A stretch of 64,000 bases of DNA from Escherichia coli (GTDB taxonomy: Bacteria > Pseudomonadota > Gammaproteobacteria > Enterobacterales > Enterobacteriaceae). This document shows positions 32,248-41,599 of this stretch, one piece after another. The notes beneath the pieces are model-generated. The model was not told where the DNA came from and did no database searches. It saw only the letters and a program-made list of their open reading frames with translations. Each line of letters begins with the position of its first letter. Within the stretch, counting starts at the first letter, position 1. The DNA lies in the NCBI RefSeq assembly GCF_030013205.1, contig NZ_CP122648.1. One strand, written 5' to 3'. The translations under genes were made by a program, and so were the position numbers.

Positions 32248-34298
32248 TGAGCGCGCTCAACTCCCTGCCATTACCGGTGGTCAGGCTGCTGGCGTTCTTT
32301 CATGAAGAGTTAAGCGAGCGGCGACCAGGCCGCGTGCCGCAGACTATGCAACTCTGGGTAGGCTGCCTGCTGGTGATTCTGATCTCGATGACTTTTGAGA
32401 TCCCTTTTGTGGCGTTATCGCTGGCAGTGCTGTTTTACGGTATTCAGTCGAACGCGTTTTACACCAAATTTGTCGCGATCTTGTTTGTGGTCGCCACGGT
32501 GCTGGAGATCGGCAGCCTGTTTTTGATCTACAAATGGTCATATGGCGAACCGTTGATCCGATTGATCATCGCCGGACCGATCCTGATGGGCTGCATGTTT
32601 TTGATGCGCACCCATCGGCTGGGGCTGGTCTTTTTCGCCGTCGCCATTGTCGCCATTTACGGGCAAACCTTCCCCGCCATGCTCGACTATCCGGAAGTGG
32701 TCGTGCGCTTAACGCTGTGGTGTATCGTTGTTGGCCTCTATCCGACCTTGCTGATGACGTTAATCGGTGTGCTATGGTTTCCCAGTCGTGCCATTACGCA
32801 AATGCATCAGGCGCTTAATGATCGGCTTGATGATGCCATTAGCCACCTGACAGACAGCCTCGCACCGCTATCCGAAACGCGGATTGAAAGAGAGGCGCTG
32901 GCGCTGCAAAAACTGAATGTATTTTGTCTCGCGGACGATGCCAACTGGCGAACTCAAAGCGCATGGTGGCAAAGCTGCGTGGCAACGGTAACCTACATTT
33001 ACTCGACGCTGAATCGCTACGATCCCACCTCTTTTGCTGATTCTCAGGCAATTATTGAATTCCGGCAAAAATTAGCCTCAGAAATCAACAAACTGCAGCA
33101 TGCCATTGCCGAAGGTCAGTGCTGGCAAAGCGACTGGCGGATCAGTGAAAGTGAAGCGATGGCGGCACGGGAATGTAACCTGGAGAATATCTGCCAGACG
33201 TTATTGCAACTGGGTCAGATGGACCCGAATACGCCGCCAACGCCCGCCACCAAACCGCCATCAATGGTCGCCGACGCTTTTACCAATCCAGACTATATGC
33301 GCTACGCGGTAAAAACGCTGCTCGCCTGTTTGATCTGTTACACCTTCTACAGCGGCGTGGACTGGGAAGGCATTCACACCTGTATGCTGACCTGCGTGAT
33401 CGTCGCTAACCCAAATGTTGGTTCGTCGTATCAGAAAACGGCGCTGCGTTTTGGCGGTGCCTTCTGCGGTGCAATTCTGGCGCTGTTATTCACGTTACTG
33501 GTCATGCCCTGGCTGGACAATATTGTCGAATTGCTATTTGTGCTGGCACCGATTTTCCTGTTGGGCGCATGGATTGCCACCAGCTCTGAACGCTCTTCTT
33601 ATATCGGCACACAGATGGTGGTCACCTTCGCGCTCGCCACGCTCGAAAACGTTTTTGGCCCAGTGTACGACCTGGTGGAAATTCGCGATCGCGCCCTGGG
33701 TATCATCATTGGTACCGTGGTGTCCGCGGTGATTTACACCTTTGTCTGGCCTGAAAGTGAAGCGCGCACGCTGCCGCAAAAACTGGCTGGCGCGCTGGGT
33801 ATGTTAAGTAAAGTAATGCGGATCCCACGCCAGCAGGAAGTCATGGCTCTGCGCACTTATCTGCAAATTCGTATAGGTCTGCATGCGGCGTTTAATGCCT
33901 GTGAAGAGATGTGCCAACGCGTGGCGCTGGAGCGTCAACTGGACAGCGAAGAACGCGCTTTACTGATTGAACGTTCGCAAACGGTTATTCGTCAGGGCCG
34001 CGATATTCTTCACGCCTGGGATGCAACCTGGAACTCGGCGCAGGCGCTGGATAACGCACTACAGCCGGACAGAGCTGGTCAGTTTGCCGACGCACTGGAG
34101 AAATACGCCGCCGGTCTGGCAACCGCACTCAGCCGTTCTCCTCAAATAACGCTTGAAGAAACACCCGCCTCGCAGGCCATCCTGCCGACCTTATTAAAAC
34201 AGGAGCAACACGTCTGCCAGCTTTTCGCCCGCTTGCCAGACTGGACAGCCCCGGCATTAACGCCCGCCACGGAACAGGTACAAGGAGCCACGCAATGA
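32247..34298 (+). CDS. mdtO: Multidrug efflux inner-membrane protein MdtO (fusaric-acid-resistance/AaeB family)
   Basis: 683 aa; start overlaps mdtN stop. Confidence 0.92.
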   Translation: MSALNSLPLPVVRLLAFFHEELSERRPGRVPQTMQLWVGCLLVILISMTFEIPFVALSLAVLFYGIQSNAFYTKFVAILFVVATVLEIGSLFLIYKWSYGEPLIRLIIAGPILMGCMFLMRTHRLGLVFFAVAIVAIYGQTFPAMLDYPEVVVRLTLWCIVVGLYPTLLMTLIGVLWFPSRAITQMHQALNDRLDDAISHLTDSLAPLSETRIEREALALQKLNVFCLADDANWRTQSAWWQSCVATVTYIYSTLNRYDPTSFADSQAIIEFRQKLASEINKLQHAIAEGQCWQSDWRISESEAMAARECNLENICQTLLQLGQMDPNTPPTPATKPPSMVADAFTNPDYMRYAVKTLLACLICYTFYSGVDWEGIHTCMLTCVIVANPNVGSSYQKTALRFGGAFCGAILALLFTLLVMPWLDNIVELLFVLAPIFLLGAWIATSSERSSYIGTQMVVTFALATLENVFGPVYDLVEIRDRALGIIIGTVVSAVIYTFVWPESEARTLPQKLAGALGMLSKVMRIPRQQEVMALRTYLQIRIGLHAAFNACEEMCQRVALERQLDSEERALLIERSQTVIRQGRDILHAWDATWNSAQALDNALQPDRAGQFADALEKYAAGLATALSRSPQITLEETPASQAILPTLLKQEQHVCQLFARLPDWTAPALTPATEQVQGATQ

Positions 34299-35761
34299 TC
34301 AATCGTCAACTTTCACGCCTGCTGTTGTGCAGCATTCTCGGCAGCACGACGCTGATTTCCGGCTGTGCCCTGGTACGTAAGGATTCTGCGCCTCATCAAC
34401 AGCTCAAACCGGAACAAATCAAACTGGCCGATGATATTCATCTTGCCAGCTCCGGTTGGCCGCAGGCGCAGTGGTGGAAACAACTCAATGACCCGCAGTT
34501 GGATGCCCTGATCCAACGGACGCTAAGTGGTTCACACACCCTCGCCGAAGCGAAACTGCGGGAAGAAAAAGCGCAGTCCCAGGCCGATTTGTTAGATGCT
34601 GGTTCACAGTTGCAGGTGGCAGCGTTAGGGATGCTCAACCGCCAACGTGTCTCGGCGAACGGCTTTTTAAGCCCTTATGCGATGGATGCGCCCGCACTGG
34701 GGATGGACGGGCCGTACTATACGGAAGCCACAGTCGGTTTGTTTGCCGGACTGGATCTCGATTTGTGGGGTGTGCATCGCTCAGCGGTTGCCGCTGCCAT
34801 TGGCGCGCATAATGCCGCGCTGGCAGAAACCGCAGCAGTAGAGCTATCGCTGACCACGGGCGTAGCGCAGCTTTATTACAGTATGCAGGCCAGCTATCAG
34901 ATGCTCGATCTGTTAGAACAAACTCGCGATGTGATTGATTACGCGGTAAAAGCGCACCAGAGTAAAGTGGCGCACGGTCTGGAAGCGCAAGTGCCTTTCC
35001 ACGGCGCGCGGGCACAGATTCTGGCGGTCGATAAACAAATTGCTGCCGTTAAAGGGCAAATCTCCGAAACGCGAGAATCTCTGCGCGCATTGATTGGCGC
35101 GGGAGCCAGCGATATGCCGGAGATCAGACCGGTGGCATTACCGCAAGTCCAGACCGGCATTCCGGCGACACTCTCTTATGAGTTGCTCGCCAGACGCCCG
35201 GATCTGCAAGCCATGCGCTGGTATGTTCAGGCGTCATTAGATCAGGTGGATTCCGCGCGGGCGCTGTTCTATCCGAGCTTTGATATCAAAGCGTTTTTCG
35301 GCCTGGACTCTATCCACCTGGATACCTTATTCAAAAAAACCAGTCGCCAGTTCAACTTTATCCCGGGTCTGAAATTGCCGCTGTTTGACGGTGGACGGTT
35401 GAATGCCAATCTCGAAGGCACTCGCGCCGCCAGCAACATGATGATTGAACGTTACAACCAGTCAGTGCTGAATGCGGTGCGCGACGTTGCCGTCAACGGC
35501 ACGCGTCTGCAAACGCTTAACGACGAGCGAGAGATGCAGGCTGAACGCGTGGAAGCAACGCGCTTCACCCAGCGCGCTGCCGAGGCCGCCTATCAACGCG
35601 GCTTAACCAGCCGCTTACAGGCCACCGAAGCCCGGTTGCCAGTGCTTGCCGAGGAGATGTCATTACTGATGCTGGACAGCCGCCGGGTGATCCAAAGCAT
35701 TCAGTTGATGAAATCGCTGGGCGGCGGGTATCAGGCAAGTCCCGTCGTCGAGAAAAAATAA
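34295..35761 (+). CDS. mdtP: Outer-membrane efflux channel MdtP (TolC/OprM family)
   Basis: 488 aa with lipoprotein signal (…TTLISGCAL); ATGA overlap with mdtO. Confidence 0.92.
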   Translation: MINRQLSRLLLCSILGSTTLISGCALVRKDSAPHQQLKPEQIKLADDIHLASSGWPQAQWWKQLNDPQLDALIQRTLSGSHTLAEAKLREEKAQSQADLLDAGSQLQVAALGMLNRQRVSANGFLSPYAMDAPALGMDGPYYTEATVGLFAGLDLDLWGVHRSAVAAAIGAHNAALAETAAVELSLTTGVAQLYYSMQASYQMLDLLEQTRDVIDYAVKAHQSKVAHGLEAQVPFHGARAQILAVDKQIAAVKGQISETRESLRALIGAGASDMPEIRPVALPQVQTGIPATLSYELLARRPDLQAMRWYVQASLDQVDSARALFYPSFDIKAFFGLDSIHLDTLFKKTSRQFNFIPGLKLPLFDGGRLNANLEGTRAASNMMIERYNQSVLNAVRDVAVNGTRLQTLNDEREMQAERVEATRFTQRAAEAAYQRGLTSRLQATEARLPVLAEEMSLLMLDSRRVIQSIQLMKSLGGGYQASPVVEKK

Positions 35762-35769
35762 AATGTCTG

Positions 35770-35800
35770 CCGCGTGATGGCTGTCACGCGGTATTTCGTT
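35770..35800 (+). terminator. Rho-independent terminator after mdtP
   Basis: ccgcgtga-tggctg-tcacgcgg hairpin followed by tatttcgttt. Confidence 0.65.
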
Positions 35801-35845
35801 TCGTCACGTCAAAACTGACGACAGCCTGTTTTTCGTCAGAGTTTT
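35798..35845 (+). promoter_or_regulatory. FhlA upstream activating sequence of fdhF (inverted TCGTCA/TGACGA repeats)
   Basis: tttcgtcacgtcaaaactgacga ... ttttcgtcaga: repeated TCGTCA/TGACGA half-sites ~60-110 bp upstream of the sigma54 promoter element. Confidence 0.55.
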
Positions 35846-35891
35846 GAATAAATAGTGCCCGTAATATCAGGGAATGACCCCAAATAAAATG

Positions 35892-35907
35892 TGGCATAAA
35901 AGATGCA
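35892..35907 (+). promoter_or_regulatory. Sigma-54 (RpoN) promoter of fdhF (-24 GG / -12 GC)
   Basis: TGGCATaaaagATGCA matches TGGCAC-N5-TTGCA consensus, ~50 bp upstream of fdhF ATG. Confidence 0.75.
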
Positions 35908-35958
35908 TACTGTAGTCGAGAGCGCGTATGCGTGATTTGATTAACTGGAGCGAGACCG

Positions 35959-38106
35959 ATGAAAAAAGTCGTCACGGTTTGCCCCTATTGCGCATCAGGT
36001 TGCAAAATCAACCTGGTCGTCGATAACGGCAAAATCGTCCGGGCGGAGGCAGCGCAGGGGAAAACCAACCAGGGTACCCTGTGTCTGAAGGGTTATTATG
36101 GCTGGGACTTCATTAACGATACCCAGATCCTGACCCCGCGCCTGAAAACCCCCATGATCCGTCGCCAGCGTGGCGGCAAACTCGAACCTGTTTCCTGGGA
36201 TGAGGCACTGAATTACGTTGCCGAGCGCCTGAGCGCCATCAAAGAGAAGTACGGTCCGGATGCCATCCAGACGACCGGCTCCTCGCGTGGTACGGGTAAC
36301 GAAACCAACTATGTAATGCAAAAATTTGCGCGCGCCGTTATTGGTACCAATAACGTTGACTGCTGCGCTCGTGTCTGACACGGCCCATCGGTTGCAGGTC
36401 TGCACCAATCGGTCGGTAATGGCGCAATGAGCAATGCTATTAACGAAATTGATAATACCGATTTAGTGTTCGTTTTCGGGTACAACCCGGCGGATTCCCA
36501 CCCAATCGTGGCGAATCACGTAATTAACGCTAAACGTAACGGGGCGAAAATTATCGTCTGCGATCCGCGCAAAATTGAAACCGCGCGCATTGCTGACATG
36601 CACATTGCACTGAAAAACGGCTCGAACATCGCGCTGTTGAATGCGATGGGCCATGTCATTATTGAAGAAAATTTGTACGACAAAGCGTTCGTCGCTTCCC
36701 GTACAGAAGGCTTTGAAGAGTATCGTAAAATCGTTGAAGGCTACACGCCGGAGTCGGTTGAAGATATCACCGGCGTCAGCGCCAGTGAGATTCGTCAGGC
36801 GGCACGGATGTATGCCCAGGCGAAAAGCGCCGCCATCCTGTGGGGCATGGGTGTAACCCAGTTCTACCAGGGCGTGGAAACCGTGCGTTCTCTGACCAGC
36901 CTCGCGATGCTGACCGGTAACCTCGGTAAGCCGCATGCGGGTGTAAACCCGGTTCGTGGTCAGAACAACGTGCAGGGTGCCTGCGATATGGGCGCGCTGC
37001 CGGATACGTATCCGGGATACCAGTACGTGAAAGATCCGGCTAACCGCGAGAAATTCGCCAAAGCCTGGGGCGTGGAAAGCCTGCCTGCTCATACCGGTTA
37101 TCGCATCAGCGAGCTGCCGCACCGCGCAGCGCATGGTGAAGTGCGTGCCGCGTACATTATGGGCGAAGATCCGCTGCAAACTGACGCGGAACTGTCGGCA
37201 GTACGTAAAGCCTTTGAAGATCTGGAACTGGTTATCGTTCAGGACATCTTTATGACCAAAACCGCGTCGGCGGCGGATGTCATTTTACCGTCAACGTCAT
37301 GGGGCGAGCATGAAGGCGTGTTTACTGCGGCTGACCGTGGCTTCCAGCGTTTCTTCAAAGCGGTTGAACCGAAGTGGGATCTGAAAACGGACTGGCAGAT
37401 TATCAGTGAAATCGCCACCCGTATGGGTTATCCGATGCACTACAACAACACCCAGGAGATCTGGGATGAGTTGCGTCATCTGTGCCCGGATTTCTACGGT
37501 GCGACTTACGAAAAAATGGGCGAACTGGGCTTCATTCAGTGGCCTTGCCGCGATACTTCAGATGCCGATCAGGGGACTTCTTATCTGTTTAAAGAGAAGT
37601 TTGATACCCCGAACGGTCTGGCGCAGTTCTTCACCTGCGACTGGGTAGCGCCAATCGACAAACTCACCGACGAGTACCCGATGGTACTGTCAACGGTGCG
37701 TGAAGTTGGTCACTACTCTTGCCGTTCGATGACCGGTAACTGTGCAGCACTGGCGGCGCTGGCTGATGAACCTGGCTACGCACAAATCAATACCGAAGAC
37801 GCCAAACGTCTGGGTATTGAAGATGAGGCATTGGTTTGGGTGCACTCGCGTAAAGGCAAAATTATCACCCGTGCGCAGGTCAGCGATCGTCCGAACAAAG
37901 GGGCGATTTATATGACCTACCAGTGGTGGATTGGTGCCTGTAACGAGCTGGTTACCGAAAACTTAAGCCCGATTACGAAAACGCCGGAATACAAATACTG
38001 CGCCGTGCGCGTCGAGCCGATCGCCGATCAGCGCGCCGCCGAGCAGTACGTGATTGACGAGTACAACAAGTTGAAAACTCGCCTGCGCGAAGCGGCACTG
38101 GCGTAA
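35959..38106 (+). CDS. fdhF: Formate dehydrogenase H (FDH-H), selenocysteine-containing molybdoenzyme; in-frame TGA at 36376-36378 decoded as Sec140
   Basis: Track ORFs 35959-36378 and 36427-38106 are in the same frame, separated only by one TGA; combined 715-aa protein has N-terminal 4Fe-4S Cys motif (CPYCASGC) and ...VDCCARV-U-HGPSVAGLHQSVGNGAMSN...; SECIS hairpin immediately 3' of the TGA. Confidence 0.93.
36379..36425 (+). other. SECIS (selenocysteine insertion sequence) stem-loop within fdhF mRNA
   Basis: cacggcccatcggttgcaggtctgcaccaatcggtcggtaatggcg directly after the UGA; contains the GGUUGCAGGUCUGCACC apical stem-loop recognised by SelB. Confidence 0.85.
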
Positions 38107-38120
38107 TACAGTCCTTTCTA

Positions 38121-38147
38121 CAGCCTCCTTTCGGAGGCTGTTTTTTT
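38121..38147 (+). terminator. Rho-independent terminator of fdhF
   Basis: cagcctcc-tttc-ggaggctg followed by ttttttt. Confidence 0.85.
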
Positions 38148-38199
38148 ATCCATTCGAACTCTTTATACTGGTTACTCCCTACCCAATCGTATTATCAAA

Positions 38200-38889
38200 A
38201 TGAAAAAAATTATCGCATTGATGTTGTTTTTAACATTCTTTGCCCACGCGAACGACTCCGAGCCTGGCAGCCAGTATTTAAAGGCAGCAGAGGCCGGGGA
38301 CCGACGCGCACAATATTTTCTTGCCGACAGCTGGTTTAGCTCCGGCGATTTGAGCAAAGCCGAATATTGGGCACAGAAAGCCGCCGACAGCGGTGATGCT
38401 GATGCCTGCGCGCTGCTGGCGCAGATCAAAATCACCAATCCGGTCAGTCTGGACTATCCACAAGCAAAAGTTCTTGCAGAGAAAGCGGCGCAAGCGGGGA
38501 GTAAAGAAGGTGAAGTAACGCTGGCGCATATTCTGGTAAATACGCAAGCGGGTAAACCGGATTATCCAAAGGCGATTTCGCTGTTAGAAAACGCTTCGGA
38601 AGATCTGGAGAACGACTCTGCCGTCGATGCCCAAATGCTGCTTGGTTTGATTTACGCCAACGGCGTGGGCATTAAGGCCGACGATGACAAGGCAACCTGG
38701 TATTTCAAACGCAGCTCTGCGATTTCCCGAACCGGTTATTCCGAGTACTGGGCGGGAATGATGTTCTTAAACGGTGAAGAAGGTTTTATCGAGAAGAACA
38801 AGCAAAAGGCGCTGCACTGGTTGAATCTGAGCTGTATGGAAGGGTTTGATACCGGGTGTGAAGAGTTTGAAAAATTAACTAACGGTTAA
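38200..38889 (+). CDS. yjcO: Sel1/TPR-like repeat lipoprotein/periplasmic protein YjcO
   Basis: 229 aa, signal peptide, repeated ...A..G...A...L..A...G motif (Sel1-like). Confidence 0.85.
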   Translation: MKKIIALMLFLTFFAHANDSEPGSQYLKAAEAGDRRAQYFLADSWFSSGDLSKAEYWAQKAADSGDADACALLAQIKITNPVSLDYPQAKVLAEKAAQAGSKEGEVTLAHILVNTQAGKPDYPKAISLLENASEDLENDSAVDAQMLLGLIYANGVGIKADDDKATWYFKRSSAISRTGYSEYWAGMMFLNGEEGFIEKNKQKALHWLNLSCMEGFDTGCEEFEKLTNG

Positions 38890-38893
38890 GGTA

Positions 38894-38961
38894 GGCCTGA
38901 TAAGACGCGTTAAGCGTCGCATCAGGCATCCACACATTGCCGGGTGGATATCCCCGGCAAT
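38894..38961. repeat. REP element plus adjacent small hairpin between yjcO and gltP (convergent gene ends)
   Basis: ggcctgataagacgcgttaagcgtcgcatcaggc then ttgccgggtggatatccccggcaa. Confidence 0.55.
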
Positions 38962-38967
38962 CTTCAA

Positions 38968-40281
38968 TTATTGATCCGCAGTTTTATCAAATTTGCCCAG
39001 CACTTCGCGCTCATAAGCCAGCGCTTTCTTACGGTCAAATTTGTGTTCCCACTTGGCAATCACCAGCACCGCCAGCGCATTACCCACCACGTTCAGCGCA
39101 GTACGCGCCATGTCGAGGATACGGTCAACACCGGCAATAAACGCCAGACCTTCCAGCGGGATCCCTACGCTGCCCAGCGTTGCCAGCAACACCACAAACG
39201 ACACGCCCGGCACGCCAGCAATCCCTTTCGAAGTCACCATCAGCGTCAGCACCAGAATGATTTCCTGCCAGATGGACAGGTCAATGCCATACAACTGCGC
39301 GATGAAGATAGCGGCAATACTTTGATACAGCGTCGAACCATCAAGGTTAAAAGAGTAACCGGTCGGCACCACGAAACTGGTGATCGACGCCGGTGCTCCG
39401 TAGGCTTCCATCTTCTCAATAATTCGCGGCAGCACGCTTTCAGAACTGGCAGTGGAGTACGCCAGAATCAGCTCATCTTTCAGAATACGAATCAGGATCC
39501 AGACGCTTAACCCGCACAGGCGCGCCACAATTCCCAGCACGACCAGCGCGAAGAACAGAATGGCGAAATGCACCAGCAGCACCAGTTTCGCCAGTGGCCA
39601 CAGAGACGAGAAACCAAAGTTAGCCACCGTCACCGCAATCAGCGCAAACACACCCACCGGCGCATAACGCATCACCATGTGAGTCACTTTAAACATGGTT
39701 TCAGAGATGGAGCGGAACACGGTCACCAGCGGTTCACGATGCGTCGCGGGCAGGGAGGAAAGCCCCAGACCAAACAGCACCGAGAAGAAGATGATCGGCA
39801 GCATTTCGCCTTTCGCCATCGACGCCACAATGTTCGTCGGCACCAGCGACAAAATCGTGCCCATAATGCCGTGGGAACTGCTTTGTACCGCTTCCGTCGT
39901 GCTCTGATATTTCGAGATATCGACGGTCGCCAGCTGCGACATATCCACCCCGGCACCGGGCTGGAAGACGTTCGCCAGAGTGATCCCCAAAATGATGGCG
40001 ACGGTGGTGATCACCTCGAAGTAAATAATGGTTTTCGCGCCAATACGCCCGAGCTGTTTGGCATCACCAACACCCGCGATACCCACCACCAGCGTGGAGA
40101 TCACAATCGGCACAACAATCATTTTGATCAGATGGATGAAGATATCACCCGCCGGAGAGAGCAAATTGACGACCAGCCAGTCGCGGCTGTCGCTATGGTA
40201 GTGCAGGTAGCTTCCCAGGAGAATGCCCAGCACCATAGCAAACAGAATCTGCCAGGCCAGGCTGAATTTTATATTTTTCAT
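38968..40281 (-). CDS. gltP: Glutamate/aspartate:proton symporter GltP (DAACS family)
   Basis: 437 aa MKNIKFSLAWQILFAMVLGILLG...; dicarboxylate/amino acid:cation symporter motifs. Confidence 0.95.
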   Translation of the reverse strand: MKNIKFSLAWQILFAMVLGILLGSYLHYHSDSRDWLVVNLLSPAGDIFIHLIKMIVVPIVISTLVVGIAGVGDAKQLGRIGAKTIIYFEVITTVAIILGITLANVFQPGAGVDMSQLATVDISKYQSTTEAVQSSSHGIMGTILSLVPTNIVASMAKGEMLPIIFFSVLFGLGLSSLPATHREPLVTVFRSISETMFKVTHMVMRYAPVGVFALIAVTVANFGFSSLWPLAKLVLLVHFAILFFALVVLGIVARLCGLSVWILIRILKDELILAYSTASSESVLPRIIEKMEAYGAPASITSFVVPTGYSFNLDGSTLYQSIAAIFIAQLYGIDLSIWQEIILVLTLMVTSKGIAGVPGVSFVVLLATLGSVGIPLEGLAFIAGVDRILDMARTALNVVGNALAVLVIAKWEHKFDRKKALAYEREVLGKFDKTADQ

Positions 40282-40622
40282 CAGAATAACTTCCTCAATG
40301 GAGCGCCGTTCCCCGTTCAGAAACGTGAGAACGTGACATACTGCCAGGGCATGAATTGTGTTGCGTTGGTTTGTAGATTTTTTTAACGCTTATGATCAGT
40401 ATCATTTGCGCGGTATGTTGCGCAACCCTTTAACAACAGAGCTTTTCGCTGCATTAATGCATAATAACGCGAGTTTATGGCAGGATTAATGAATAACCAT
40501 TTGTTATGGAAAGATTTTTATTTGTTTAATCTGCAATAATACTGATTGGTGATTATTTTTGGTATATGTTCATTCGATTATTTTTTATGCAGCTCAATAA
40601 CATAATCTTCATCACCAGATGA

Positions 40623-41219
40623 TTAATATGATCTCCGCTGCAACAATTTCGCCATATTAATCGACTCGACCAGCTGTGTCCGGTTGATCCGGGGTGAGTT
40701 GAGATCCATCACTTTTTGCCATAGTTCGATGGCTTGCGCGTAATTCGCCTGCATAAACGCATCGGAAGCCAGCAGCATCAGAGCGGTGATTTCGTTAGAG
40801 TCCAGCGCGAGGGCTTTGTCGATCATTGCGCGAGTCTGGGCGGTCATATGCTGGCTGGCCTGGTAATAAAGCACCGTCGCCAGCGCCGCATACAGTTCAG
40901 CGTTCTCACCACGTAGTTGCAACGCCTGACGGTACGCCAGCAGCGAATTGCTGTAATCGTTTTGCCACAGATAATACTCGCCCAGTAACGCCCATTGTTC
41001 GCTGTTTTGTGGATTAGCGCGGATTTTATCCTGCAATGCCTGAAGCTGCGCTTCCGGGGTTTGCTGGCTGGCAAACTGATGTAGCGGATCGCGCTGACGC
41101 TGATACTCCGCACGTACCGCCTGCCATTTTGGACTTAACAGATAACTGCCGACACAGAGAAATACCATCAAAATCGTGAGTGTTGTCAGCATTTTCACCG
41201 GTATTTGAGGCTGTTTCAT
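40623..41219 (-). CDS. nrfG: NrfG, TPR-repeat heme-lyase accessory protein for NrfA
   Basis: 198 aa from ATG 41219 ([15 protein letters not shown]...); track ORF is extended 22 codons upstream; start overlaps nrfF stop. Confidence 0.88.
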   Translation of the reverse strand: MKQPQIPVKMLTTLTILMVFLCVGSYLLSPKWQAVRAEYQRQRDPLHQFASQQTPEAQLQALQDKIRANPQNSEQWALLGEYYLWQNDYSNSLLAYRQALQLRGENAELYAALATVLYYQASQHMTAQTRAMIDKALALDSNEITALMLLASDAFMQANYAQAIELWQKVMDLNSPRINRTQLVESINMAKLLQRRSY

Positions 41220-41599
41220 CGCTTCGCCCTCACTCGCCAGAGGATCAGTATCATCAGCAGTAACAACACCACTGGCAGCGCCCACAACACCAGAGTCTGA
41301 CCGGTTAACGGTGGGTTATAGCGAACAAAATCTCCGTAGCGTTCGGTCATCCAGCCAATTATTTCGACTTCACTTTTCCCCTCTTCCACCATGCTGTAAA
41401 CCTGATGGCGCATACTGACTGCCACCGGCGCATTGGATTCCAGTAAGTTCTGATTCTGGCACTGCGGGCAGCGTAACTGGCTGGCAATATTTAACGCCTG
41501 TTCCTGTTGTTGCGGATTAGCGAATTGCCAGGTGTCTACAACCTGAGCGCGCGCAAAACAGGTAAATAACAGCAGTAGCGTGAGAAGCCCTTTATTCAT
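41216..41599 (-). CDS. nrfF: NrfF (CcmH-like heme lyase subunit)
   Basis: 127 aa with signal peptide and CPQC thiol motif ([11 protein letters not shown]). Confidence 0.9.
   Translation of the reverse strand: MNKGLLTLLLLFTCFARAQVVDTWQFANPQQQEQALNIASQLRCPQCQNQNLLESNAPVAVSMRHQVYSMVEEGKSEVEIIGWMTERYGDFVRYNPPLTGQTLVLWALPVVLLLLMILILWRVRAKR

Noticed and set aside
35959-36378. Short 139-aa ORF called separately from the 559-aa ORF downstream
   Set aside because: Both are one gene (fdhF) joined by a selenocysteine UGA; not two genes and not a pseudogene.
39568-40386. 272-aa plus-strand His/Arg-rich ORF antisense to gltP
   Set aside because: Low-complexity composition and full overlap with gltP; shadow ORF.
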